A stretch of DNA of 64,000 nt from an uncultured Pelagibacteraceae bacterium (lineage in GTDB: Bacteria > Pseudomonadota > Alphaproteobacteria > Pelagibacterales > Pelagibacteraceae): NCBI GenBank assembly GCA_902604565.1, contig CACKZF010000002.1, positions 4,693 to 68,692 of the forward strand, in the 5' to 3' direction. Under the pieces are notes generated by a model that saw nothing but the letters and a program-made list of their open reading frames with translations, made no database searches and had not been told where the DNA came from. The stretch's first letter is position 1; each line of letters begins with the position of its first letter. Shown in pieces: positions 39,933 through 49,319 of this stretch. A program made the position numbers and the translations under genes.

Positions 39933-40773
39933 ATCTTCTAAGTATAAAGATCATTATAAAGCCAGTTAAATACATAATCAGAGCATATGCTGCTGTTGGA
40001 ATAATATAACTAATGTCACTAAATATTTGTGTAGCGACAAATATTGCTAATGTGCCATTTTGAAGTCCACACTCAATTGAAATACACTTTCTTTGCTTTA
40101 TGCCAGTGGCTAATAACTTGGCTATGTAATATGCAAGCATCATCATGACAATATTAAGAACAAGAACGGCAAAACCCGCTTGTTTTAAGTAATTGAATAT
40201 ATTCTCTCTTTCTTCAATCCATATTGTTGCAAAAACAATTACAAATAATAAAGTTGTAATTTTCTCGATTATAGAAATATTTGAAGAAACAAAATTTTCT
40301 GCAAATTTCCTTATAATCATTCCTAAAATAACAGGCACTGTAACTACTAGAGCCATTTTTAAAGCAATGCCGGTCATGGTGATATCAGAAGATATATCTG
40401 TAACTCCCAATAAATTTGCTGATTTAAAAATAATAAAAGGAACAGAAATAATACTAATTAGGCTTATTATAGCGGTTAATGAGATTGATAATGCAACATC
40501 TCCATTTGCAAATTTTGTCATTACATTTGATGTTACTCCGCCAGGAGCTGCAGCTATAATCATAACGCCTACAGCAATTTCAATTGGCAAATCTAATATT
40601 AATACAATTATAAATGCAACTATTGGTAAAAGTATCAATTGACAGACAAAGCCGATTATAAAATCTTTAGGATTATTGATTACTCTTAAAAAGTCACGTC
40701 CCGTTAATCCCAATCCAAGACCTAACATTATAAGAGCTAGAGCGATCGGAGCTATTTTTGTAACTACTTCCAC
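39925..40773 (-). CDS. Bile acid:sodium symporter family transporter
   Basis: APGGVTSN, GDVALSI, IECGLQN; GTG start after AAGGA. Confidence 0.88.
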   Translation of the reverse strand: MEVVTKIAPIALALIMLGLGLGLTGRDFLRVINNPKDFIIGFVCQLILLPIVAFIIVLILDLPIEIAVGVMIIAAAPGGVTSNVMTKFANGDVALSISLTAIISLISIISVPFIIFKSANLLGVTDISSDITMTGIALKMALVVTVPVILGMIIRKFAENFVSSNISIIEKITTLLFVIVFATIWIEERENIFNYLKQAGFAVLVLNIVMMMLAYYIAKLLATGIKQRKCISIECGLQNGTLAIFVATQIFSDISYIIPTAAYALIMYLTGFIMIFILRRST

Positions 40774-40837
40774 TTTTTATCCTTATATCAATAATACTAT
40801 ATTAGTTTTTTTATTAATTTAGTATATATAAATTCAA

Positions 40838-41749
40838 ATGCTTTCAGATAAATCAACAGTCTGTCCATTCAATTTACTTGATATTGCTCACCAAAAAAGA
40901 GGAGCCAAAGCAGCAATCGTAAATGCAGGCAAAAGACTTCCTATGCTATCTATAATGGATTGCGTAAAAGAAAAATTGATCATCCCTGTTTTTATAGGTG
41001 ATGAAATAGAAATTAAAAAAACTGCTGAGGAGTTAAAATTCGATATCTCTGAATATGAAATAATAAATGAGACAGTTGAAAATAACACTGCTAAAATTGC
41101 AGCAGAACTTGCTGGTGATGGAAAAGTCAAAATAATTGTTAAAGGTCATATACACACTGACATTTTAATGAAAGAAGTTCTGTTACGAAAATATAATTTG
41201 ATTGGTAAAAAAAGATTGAGTCATATATGGCATATGACTTTGGATAAAGAGGATAAACCACTAATAATAACTGATGGTGCTCTAAATGTTAATCCAAATG
41301 TTAAAACAAAAATGCATATTTTAAAAAATGTAGTTGATTTTTGTCATAGGATAAAAATAGCAAGACCAAAAGTCTCCATTCTTTCTGCAACAGAAGAAGT
41401 TTTAGATAGCATGCAAAGTTCACTTGATGCTAAAGAAATATGTGAATTAGCTGCGAAAGAGAGTCTTAATGCAGATATTTTTGGACCTCTAGCATTTGAT
41501 AATAGTGTGTCAAAAAAATCCGCAGAAATAAAAGGTATAAACAATATAGTTGCAGGAGATGCAGATGTATTATTAGTTCCTAATGTTGAAGCAGGTAACG
41601 CTCTAGTTAAAATGATGATTTATTTTATGGGAGCGTGTGCGGCAGGAGTGGTTATAGGAGGAAAGGTTCCAGTGGTAATTACTAGTAGATCAGATGATGC
41701 GACAGCAAGGCTAGCATCTATTGCAGCAGCTGTGGTAGCTTTGGATTAA
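40838..41749 (+). CDS. pta: Phosphate acetyl/butyryltransferase
   Basis: VKGHIHT, GPLAFDN, PNVEAGNAL, ITSRSD. Confidence 0.8.
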   Translation: MLSDKSTVCPFNLLDIAHQKRGAKAAIVNAGKRLPMLSIMDCVKEKLIIPVFIGDEIEIKKTAEELKFDISEYEIINETVENNTAKIAAELAGDGKVKIIVKGHIHTDILMKEVLLRKYNLIGKKRLSHIWHMTLDKEDKPLIITDGALNVNPNVKTKMHILKNVVDFCHRIKIARPKVSILSATEEVLDSMQSSLDAKEICELAAKESLNADIFGPLAFDNSVSKKSAEIKGINNIVAGDADVLLVPNVEAGNALVKMMIYFMGACAAGVVIGGKVPVVITSRSDDATARLASIAAAVVALD

Positions 41750-41791
41750 ATGAATATTGAAAAAAAATAATAATTAAATTAGGATTTAGTC

Positions 41792-43078
41792 ATGGCAATA
41801 AATTATTTAAAAAAATCACCCAAAACATCTTCTACTGATGATACAAAAACAAGAGAGATTGTAGAAAATATTCTAAAAGATATAGAGAAAACAAAAGAAG
41901 AAGGATGTATCGAGTTATCAAAAAAATTTGATAAATATGAAGGAGAAGTAGTAGTTACAAGAGAAAAAATTGAACAAATTAAAAAAAATTTAGATCCTAA
42001 AACAAAAGACGACATTCAGTTTTCCCATGAAAGAGTAAGAAAGTTTGCTGAAGCACAATTAAAAAATTATGGCCAAGATTTTGAGGTAGAGCTTTCAGAT
42101 GGATTATTTGCTGGACAAAAATTAATTCCTGTTAATACAGCAGGTTGTTATGTACCTGCAGGAAGATATGCTCATATAGCATCTGCTGTAATGAGTGTTA
42201 CCACAGCTAAAGTTGCTGGTGTTAAAAATATTATTGTTTGCAGCTCACCAAAACCTGGTGTTGGAGTTCATCCTGCTATTGTTTATACCGCTGACTTATG
42301 TGGAGCAGACGTAATAATGAATTTAGGTGGAGTTCAGGCTATTGCTGCGATGACTTATGGTCTTTTTGGTAATGCACCTGCTGATATGCTTGTTGGTCCT
42401 GGAAATCAATTTGTTGCAGAATCAAAAAGAATTTTATTTGGCAAAGTAGGTATAGATTTATTTGCTGGTCCTACAGAAATTGCAGTTATAGCAGATGAAA
42501 CAGCAGACCCAGAATTAGTTGCTTTCGATTTAGTTGGACAAGCTGAGCATGGTTACAATTCTCCTGCATGGTTATTTACTACAAGTAAATCATTAGCTGA
42601 ATATGTAATGAAAAGAGTGCCAGAATTAATTGCAGACTTGCCAGACTTACCAAGAGAAAACTCTGGTGCAGCCTGGAGAGACTATGGGGAAGTAATTTTA
42701 TGCGATACAGACGAAGAAATGGCTAAAATCAGTGATGAGTATGCTCCTGAACATTTAGAGATACAGACTAAAAACCTTCAATGGTTCCATGATCGATTAA
42801 AAAACTACGGATCATTATTTATTGGAGAAGAAACTACGGTTGCTTATGGTGATAAATGCTCTGGAACAAACCACATTTTACCAACAAAAGGTGCGGGAAA
42901 ATATACAGGCGGTTTATTTGTCGGAAAATTCATTAAAACATTGAGTTTCCAAAGAATGACAAAGGAGTCAACTAAGGAAGTGGGCGCAGCTTGTGCAAGA
43001 ATTTCAAGATATGAAGGTATGGAGGCTCATGCACGAACTGGAGATGTAAGACTTAGAAAATACGGATTTTCTAATTAG
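41792..43078 (+). CDS. hpsN: HisD-family sulfopropanediol (DHPS) 3-dehydrogenase
   Basis: YLKK N-terminus, GCYVPAGRYAHIASA, DLVGQAEHG..SPAWL, AWRDYGEVILC, EETTVAYGDK are HpsN-type rather than HisD-type. Confidence 0.8.
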   Translation: MAINYLKKSPKTSSTDDTKTREIVENILKDIEKTKEEGCIELSKKFDKYEGEVVVTREKIEQIKKNLDPKTKDDIQFSHERVRKFAEAQLKNYGQDFEVELSDGLFAGQKLIPVNTAGCYVPAGRYAHIASAVMSVTTAKVAGVKNIIVCSSPKPGVGVHPAIVYTADLCGADVIMNLGGVQAIAAMTYGLFGNAPADMLVGPGNQFVAESKRILFGKVGIDLFAGPTEIAVIADETADPELVAFDLVGQAEHGYNSPAWLFTTSKSLAEYVMKRVPELIADLPDLPRENSGAAWRDYGEVILCDTDEEMAKISDEYAPEHLEIQTKNLQWFHDRLKNYGSLFIGEETTVAYGDKCSGTNHILPTKGAGKYTGGLFVGKFIKTLSFQRMTKESTKEVGAACARISRYEGMEAHARTGDVRLRKYGFSN

Positions 43079-43080
43079 TT

Positions 43081-43980
43081 TTAAACTCTAGAAATTAATA
43101 AAATTGTAACTCCAATTACAAAAACAACAATACCTAAAATTTCTGTTAACTTTACTTTTTCCTTGAATAAATATTTTGAGGAAAAATAACTAAATAATAA
43201 TTCAATTTGACCAACTGCCCTGACAAAGGATGCTTGAATTAAAGTAAATGCATAAAACCATGAAAGAGATGCAAAAAAACCTCCAATACCAATTAACATA
43301 CAGTCGTATTTATCGTTATATAGTTTTTTAAACTCTTTTTTTTCAAAGACTAAAAGGTAAATTGTTAAAATAATTGTTGGAATTAATAATCCAAAAAGTA
43401 AAGTTGATATTACTTTTTCAAAATTTGAATTAAAATTTTCTAAAGATAATGCAGCAGATCTAAAATAAACAATACTCAGAGCTAAGAATAAACCGGATAT
43501 TAGTCCAATTAATGTTGTTTTTGAAAATATGTTTTGAAGAAATAATTTTAAATCTTTAACAGACAAAATTATTACACCTATAGTTGATATTATAATTCCA
43601 CTTATGCCTAGCTTACTTAATTTTTCATTTAATATTAAATATTCAAATATAGCTACTTGTACAACTTCTGTTTTACTTAGTGAGGTTCCAACAACAAAAT
43701 TTGAGAACCTAAACAAGTATAATAATACAAAAGTAAATATTACTTGAAAAATTGATGCTAAAGTTACATTAAATAAGAAACCTGGCTGATTAAGTATTTC
43801 ATTAATTACAGAAACTTCTCTGAAATATATAAAAAACAAGACTAATGCTAAAGGCAGAGCGAAAGAAAACCTAACATAAGTAGATGCTATAGTTGAAACA
43901 TCCTTATTAATTTTTTTTTGAAATGAAGACCTTAGATTCTGAAAAAAAGCCGCAATAACTGTAACAACTATCCAATTCAT
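43081..43980 (-). CDS. EamA/DMT family transporter
   Basis: About 10 TM; FQNLRS..QK, SKTEV, VRAVGQIEL. Confidence 0.8.
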   Translation of the reverse strand: MNWIVVTVIAAFFQNLRSSFQKKINKDVSTIASTYVRFSFALPLALVLFFIYFREVSVINEILNQPGFLFNVTLASIFQVIFTFVLLYLFRFSNFVVGTSLSKTEVVQVAIFEYLILNEKLSKLGISGIIISTIGVIILSVKDLKLFLQNIFSKTTLIGLISGLFLALSIVYFRSAALSLENFNSNFEKVISTLLFGLLIPTIILTIYLLVFEKKEFKKLYNDKYDCMLIGIGGFFASLSWFYAFTLIQASFVRAVGQIELLFSYFSSKYLFKEKVKLTEILGIVVFVIGVTILLISRV

Positions 43981-44017
43981 ATTAAATAATTAATGAAACA
44001 ATAATATTTAAAAAAAT

Positions 44018-45067
44018 TTAAATTCTTCTTCCGTTTTCGTCAAAAATAAAAATATCTTTAGAGTCAAAATTAATCTGATTTTGAAAATCTTCCTGACTAG
44101 AAATTTTTGCACTAAGTTCTAAGTTGTCGTTACTCATGTATACAATCTTTTCATTACCTAAATTTTCAACTAGATCAATTTTAGGTTTAAATTTAAATTG
44201 TGATTCATTAGATAAGTTAAAATGCTCAGGTCTTATTCCTAAGAAATATTTCTTTTTATCAAATTTAGTTTTTTCAAAAGTTATTTCATTACCTAAAAAA
44301 ATAATTTTATTATCTGAAATTATATTTTCATTATTTAAAGGTAAAATATTCATTTTTGGAGTTCCAATAAATTGAGCTACAAAAATATTTGCTGGATTAT
44401 TGTAAATTTCGTCTGGAGTTCCAACTTGTTCAATATTACCAAGATTTAATATTACAATTCTATCTGCTAAAGTCATTGCCTCTACTTGATCATGCGTAAC
44501 ATAAATCATATTTGTTTTAATTTGATTATGTAATTTGGAAATTTCAACTCTCATTTCTGATCTTAGTGCTGCATCTAAATTTGATAAAGGCTCATCAAAT
44601 AAAAATATTTTTGGATTTCTTGTAATTGCTCTTCCAATTGCAACCCTTTGTCTCTGTCCTCCTGACAATTGTTTGGGTCTTCTTTCCAGCAATTCCTCTA
44701 TCTTTAATATTTTTGCTGCCTGCATAACTTTTGTTTGGATTTCTTCTTTTGATCTTTTTTCAATCTTTAACCCAAATGACATATTTTCATAAACATTCAT
44801 GTGAGGGTAAAGAGCATAAGACTGAAATACCATTGCTGTTTGTCGTTTAGAAGGATGAAGATCATTTATTTTTTGATCATTAATAAATATTTCGCCTTCA
44901 TCAATCTTTTCTAAACCTGCAATCATTCTTAACAAAGTTGATTTTCCACATCCAGACGGTCCAACTAATACAAGAAATTCATCATCCTTGCCTGATAAAT
45001 TAAAATCTGTAATAATCTTATTAGTCCCAAAAGATTTATGTACTCCAGTAAATTTTATATTTGCCAT
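44018..45067 (-). CDS. MalK/UgpC-type sugar ABC ATPase
   Basis: GPSGCGKST, LSGGQRQRVAIGRA, DEPLSNLDA, GIRPEH. Confidence 0.9.
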   Translation of the reverse strand: MANIKFTGVHKSFGTNKIITDFNLSGKDDEFLVLVGPSGCGKSTLLRMIAGLEKIDEGEIFINDQKINDLHPSKRQTAMVFQSYALYPHMNVYENMSFGLKIEKRSKEEIQTKVMQAAKILKIEELLERRPKQLSGGQRQRVAIGRAITRNPKIFLFDEPLSNLDAALRSEMRVEISKLHNQIKTNMIYVTHDQVEAMTLADRIVILNLGNIEQVGTPDEIYNNPANIFVAQFIGTPKMNILPLNNENIISDNKIIFLGNEITFEKTKFDKKKYFLGIRPEHFNLSNESQFKFKPKIDLVENLGNEKIVYMSNDNLELSAKISSQEDFQNQINFDSKDIFIFDENGRRI

Positions 45068-45068
45068 T

Positions 45069-46154
45069 TTAGCCTTTAATATTATCTAAAACATCAATGC
45101 CGATTTGTTTTAGAATGTGAAGTATATCAATTGGTACCCAATTTTCACGGATTTTTCCCTCATCATGGTGATAAAAATCCATAACTCTCATAGTTAATTT
45201 TTGATTATTTGCTTTATATCCCAACCAATCGTTTGAACCATAGTTTGCCTCTAAACTATGCCAACCTGCACAAAGTGAAAATTTACCATCCCCTATTTCA
45301 CAATAATGTCCTAGCTTAAAATAATCTCTTTCAGTAAATGATCTTCTAAATGGTAATTGATGCATATCAATAAATCCCTCTAGTGATCTTGAAGTGCCTA
45401 TTCCACATGGACCGTACCAAATCATTTTCTTATGCCAATATTCTTTTTGAGGATGATTTAATAATCTTTCTTTTAATTCATTATCTGAGAGATTTTCTTT
45501 CTCTGGTTTTATATTCAGACTTCTTCCCATTTCCAAGGCTTGTTTTAAATTTGAATTTGAAACCTCTAAATCTTTTTCAAAAAAATTTACCCCATCTGTA
45601 TTTATTGGTGGAAGCCAAGCTCCCTCTGAACCTCTTGATGGATTGATTGAGGAGATGCCACATTGTCTCAAAAAGTCCATTACATCAATTAAGATATGAC
45701 TCTCGATTATTTTTTTTTCTTTAAGCTCATGAATTTCACAACATCGAAGATTTATCATTTTATTATTTGGTTTTATTCCTAGCCATGAATTTCTAAAATA
45801 ACCTGATAAAACAGAGTATGATCCTATCAAAATTTTATCTCTGAAAGCTCCACCAACAACAATATTTTCTCTTCTTTCAAGATCAGGAAATGCTTCAAAT
45901 AATGGTAACCAAATTTTATCTTTTAAATTTTGAACTCCTGTAAATTCATTAATTGGATAAAAACTATTTATCTTAACATCAGCTATAAATGCTTCATTTA
46001 AATTACTATCGATTTCATTTATTCCTGAAGTGACGATCTTATTTAAATAACCTCTAACTAAGTTTTTATTTTCTAAATTTTTTTCAGGTGAAAGAACAAT
46101 GTTCTGTACATTTGTTTTTGTTTTTAGACCTGTATCAAATTGTTCTATTTGCAT
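45069..46154 (-). CDS. Tandem SnoaL/NTF2-like (ester cyclase family) protein A
   Basis: Two domains ending KKIIESHILIDVMDFLRQCG and GKIRENWVPIDILHILKQIG; AFPDLERRE; WYGPCGIG. Confidence 0.75.
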   Translation of the reverse strand: MQIEQFDTGLKTKTNVQNIVLSPEKNLENKNLVRGYLNKIVTSGINEIDSNLNEAFIADVKINSFYPINEFTGVQNLKDKIWLPLFEAFPDLERRENIVVGGAFRDKILIGSYSVLSGYFRNSWLGIKPNNKMINLRCCEIHELKEKKIIESHILIDVMDFLRQCGISSINPSRGSEGAWLPPINTDGVNFFEKDLEVSNSNLKQALEMGRSLNIKPEKENLSDNELKERLLNHPQKEYWHKKMIWYGPCGIGTSRSLEGFIDMHQLPFRRSFTERDYFKLGHYCEIGDGKFSLCAGWHSLEANYGSNDWLGYKANNQKLTMRVMDFYHHDEGKIRENWVPIDILHILKQIGIDVLDNIKG

Positions 46155-46206
46155 ATATTTATTTATTGGAAATATTCGTGTATCACAATATTATAATTAA
46201 AAAAAT

Positions 46207-47151
46207 ATGAATATTAGACTAGCAAAATTTAAAGATTTAATTCCAAGCACTTTACCATTTGTTGAAGGTAAATTAGATGGACACAAAGAAAGAAAAAATT
46301 ATTCCATTTTAGGTCCAGGTGTCGCAGAAGACGCTGACCAATCAATAAAAATATCTGAACCCCATGGTTTTAATTTAGGTGCAGTATCAGCAAAACCTTT
46401 TAATGGATCGGGTTTACATAGCCATTTAACAGCAGAGGTATTCATAATATATTCAGGTAAATGGAGATTTTATTGGGGGTCTGAGGGCAAAGATGAAACA
46501 ATTTTAAATCCAGGAGACGTTATTTCAATGCCAACAAATATGTTTAGAGCATTTGAAAATGCCGGTGATGAAGAAGGCTTAATTTTCGTTGTACTAGGAG
46601 GTGATGATCCAGGAATTGTCACTTGGATACCTGAGGTATTAGAGAGAGCAAAAAGGACAGGTATGGCACTTTTAGATGATAATTCATTAATCGATCTAAA
46701 TATTAAAGCAATACCAAATGGAAGAAGATTATTAGAACCTATATCTAACGATGAAATAAAAAAATTTAATAATTACAAGTTAGATCAATTAGAAAGCAAT
46801 ATATCTCGTCTGAGCAATAGAATTCAAAATGAAATAGATATTGGAGATAATATTAAAATTTCCCACATACTAGGAAACATATTTCAAGATAAGTCTATTA
46901 ATCCAATAATAAAACAAGATACAGGTTTTAGTTTAAGTGCTTTAAAATCAAAAAAAGGCAGAGTTGAAAATTTAATTTTTAATAAACCTACAATACTTTT
47001 CTCACAAAAAGGAAAATGGAAAATTGAAATGGAAGATTTATCAAAAGAAATAAATTTTAAAGATACTCTTTCAGTTCCATTAGGTGTGAATATTAATATT
47101 GAGATTAATGAAAGCGAAGTTTCGTATCTTAATTGTGTATCAAGCATCTAA
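46207..47151 (+). CDS. Cupin-domain protein (probable bicupin)
   Basis: GLHSHLTAEVFIIYSGKWRF motif 1, GDVISMPTNMFRAFEN motif 2; degenerate second barrel (GKWKI, DTLSVP). Confidence 0.75.
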   Translation: MNIRLAKFKDLIPSTLPFVEGKLDGHKERKNYSILGPGVAEDADQSIKISEPHGFNLGAVSAKPFNGSGLHSHLTAEVFIIYSGKWRFYWGSEGKDETILNPGDVISMPTNMFRAFENAGDEEGLIFVVLGGDDPGIVTWIPEVLERAKRTGMALLDDNSLIDLNIKAIPNGRRLLEPISNDEIKKFNNYKLDQLESNISRLSNRIQNEIDIGDNIKISHILGNIFQDKSINPIIKQDTGFSLSALKSKKGRVENLIFNKPTILFSQKGKWKIEMEDLSKEINFKDTLSVPLGVNINIEINESEVSYLNCVSSI

Positions 47152-48119
47152 TGAAAGGTTTTGATAAAAAATATAAAGACTTTCCAGACTTTATTTTAAA
47201 AATTACAGAACAAATTTGGGAAAATAGAGATGTTGAGTCAATTGGCGAGTTTTATACTAATAATATTCCGGTTAGATCACCATTTGGTGTAACATATGGA
47301 AATAAACCTGTTATAGACTCTACCTATTCTACTTTAAAAGAATTTCCAAACAGGCAGTTACTAGGTGAAGATGTTATTTGGAATGGTAATGATGAAATAG
47401 GATATCACTCATCACATAGAATTTTAAGCAAAGGAACTCATCTTGGAAAAGGCTTTTATGGTGAACCCACCGGTAAAGATATTTATTATAGGGTTATTGC
47501 TGATTGTGCTTGTAAGAATAATCAAGTTTATGATGAATGGATCGTTAGAGATCAAGGAGCAATGGTCAGACAGATTGGTTATTCCCCAGAGGAGTTTGCA
47601 AGAAAAATGATTGAAAAGGAAGGAGGCGTATCAAATTCAAGTAAATTGTATGATGCTAATTCTGATAAAAATTCAGATTATAAAGCTGAGAGTTATAAAG
47701 ATGGATCAATCGCTGAGAAATATACACAGGTGTTAAGTAATATCTTTAATAAAAATTACAAATATGAAGATTATGACAGAGCTGCAAATTTGTTTTGGCC
47801 AGGAAATAAACTTGGTCACGGGAGAGAAGATATTATTGAAAAATGGAATTCCATTAAGAAAATATTCACAAATATAAAATTCAGTATTGAGCATGTTGGA
47901 TTTTTAGAAGAGCCAGAGAAAAATCCAAGAGTATCAGTCAGATGGTTTTTACAAGGTCAACATGCTAATGAAAGTGATGAATACGGTAAAGCATCAAATA
48001 AAAAAATATTTATAATGGGTATTAACCATGCTGAATTTAATAATAACTCAATTATTAGAGAATGGGTTTTATTTGATGAAGTTGCTATATGGAAACAAAT
48101 ATTATTGAACCATGGTTAA
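47151..48119 (+). CDS. Tandem SnoaL/NTF2-like (ester cyclase family) protein B
   Basis: TAATG coupling to the cupin gene; EFPNRQLLGEDVIW, SSHR; domain ends DEWIVRDQGAMVRQIG and REWVLFDEVAIWKQIL. Confidence 0.75.
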   Translation: MKGFDKKYKDFPDFILKITEQIWENRDVESIGEFYTNNIPVRSPFGVTYGNKPVIDSTYSTLKEFPNRQLLGEDVIWNGNDEIGYHSSHRILSKGTHLGKGFYGEPTGKDIYYRVIADCACKNNQVYDEWIVRDQGAMVRQIGYSPEEFARKMIEKEGGVSNSSKLYDANSDKNSDYKAESYKDGSIAEKYTQVLSNIFNKNYKYEDYDRAANLFWPGNKLGHGREDIIEKWNSIKKIFTNIKFSIEHVGFLEEPEKNPRVSVRWFLQGQHANESDEYGKASNKKIFIMGINHAEFNNNSIIREWVLFDEVAIWKQILLNHG

Positions 48120-49239
48120 AATAAAAACTACACATGTTGGTAGCTTACCAAGATCAAACGAACTCTCCAGTCTTCTTGCCTCTAAAGATAATCAAGAAAA
48201 AATAGATATTAGCAGCTTTGATGCATTGGTTAAAAAAAATGTATCTGAAATTGTAAAAAAGCAAATAAACACCGGAATAGACTCTGTGAGTGATGGAGAG
48301 ATGTCAAAAATAAGTTACGCAACTTACATAAAAGATAGAGTTGATGGTTTTTCTGGTGAAAGTGAAAGAAGAGCTCCAAAAGACTTAGATGATTTTCCAT
48401 CTTTTAAAAAAAAACTTATCCTATCTGGTGGAACTCCAACTTATAAGAGACCGTGTTGTACAAGTGAACTTAAAATAAAAGATGAAGATTCAATTAACAA
48501 AGATATTCTAAATTTTAAAAAAGCCTTAGAAAAAAATTCACATACTGATGGATTTATGAATTCACCATCTCCAGGAGTTATATGTAATTTTTTACCCAAC
48601 AAGTATTATAAAAATGATGATGAGTATCTTGAGAAACTGTCAGATATAATGAAGTTCGAATATGAGAAAATAACTGAGAGTGGATTATCTATTCAAATTG
48701 ATTGCCCAGATCTCGCATTATCAAGGCATATGATTTACAAGGAAATTTCTGAAAAAGATTTTTTGGAAAGAGCTAACAAACATGTGGAAGTTTTAAATAA
48801 TTCATTATCAAATATAGATCCATCTAAAGTAAGAATGCATATTTGCTGGGGTAATTATGAAGGACCTCATACTCATGATATTGGTTTAGATAAAATAATT
48901 GGATTAGCTTTTAAAGCCAATGTTAGTAAATATTTGATAGAGTCTGCTAACCCTAGACATGCTCATGAATGGGAAGTTTTTGAAAATATAAAAGTACCAA
49001 AAGATAAGATAATTATTCCAGGGGTTATAGAATCTACTTCTAACTTTATTGAACATCCAGATGTTGTAAAACATAGAATTTTAGCCTTTTCTAGAGTACT
49101 AGAGCCAAATCAATTAATGGCAGGAACAGATTGTGGATTTAGTACCTTTGCAGGCTATGGAAATGTAGATGAAGATATTGTTTACAAAAAACTTGAAGCA
49201 CTTGTCGCAGGTGCTGAACTTGCGTCAAAACAAATCTAA
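48112..49239 (+). CDS. Single-barrel MetE-like Zn-thiol alkyltransferase (methionine synthase II / epoxyalkane:CoM transferase-like family)
   Basis: TTHVGSLPR, SDGE, QIDCP, HICWGNYEGPH, GTDCGF; 375 aa, so only the catalytic barrel. Confidence 0.8.
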   Translation: MVKIKTTHVGSLPRSNELSSLLASKDNQEKIDISSFDALVKKNVSEIVKKQINTGIDSVSDGEMSKISYATYIKDRVDGFSGESERRAPKDLDDFPSFKKKLILSGGTPTYKRPCCTSELKIKDEDSINKDILNFKKALEKNSHTDGFMNSPSPGVICNFLPNKYYKNDDEYLEKLSDIMKFEYEKITESGLSIQIDCPDLALSRHMIYKEISEKDFLERANKHVEVLNNSLSNIDPSKVRMHICWGNYEGPHTHDIGLDKIIGLAFKANVSKYLIESANPRHAHEWEVFENIKVPKDKIIIPGVIESTSNFIEHPDVVKHRILAFSRVLEPNQLMAGTDCGFSTFAGYGNVDEDIVYKKLEALVAGAELASKQI

Positions 49240-49319
49240 TTTTTACTTTTATAAACTTAACCGTATATGTATATTTTTCATAAGTAAAACTAATTAATAT
49301 TAACAAAAGAGAGAATAAT

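Noticed and set aside
41792-43078. Housekeeping histidinol dehydrogenase hisD
   Set aside because: Motifs (GRYAHIASA, AWRDYGEV, EETTVAYGDK) match the HpsN branch and no his genes are adjacent.
45069-48119. Polyketide biosynthetic cluster suggested by the SnoaL cyclase labels
   Set aside because: No PKS, ACP or tailoring genes; linkage to an importer points to catabolism.
48112-49239. Canonical MetE or a truncated metE pseudogene
   Set aside because: About half the length of MetE but starts with the family's own TTHVGSLPR motif and has intact Zn ligands, so it is a complete single-barrel enzyme.
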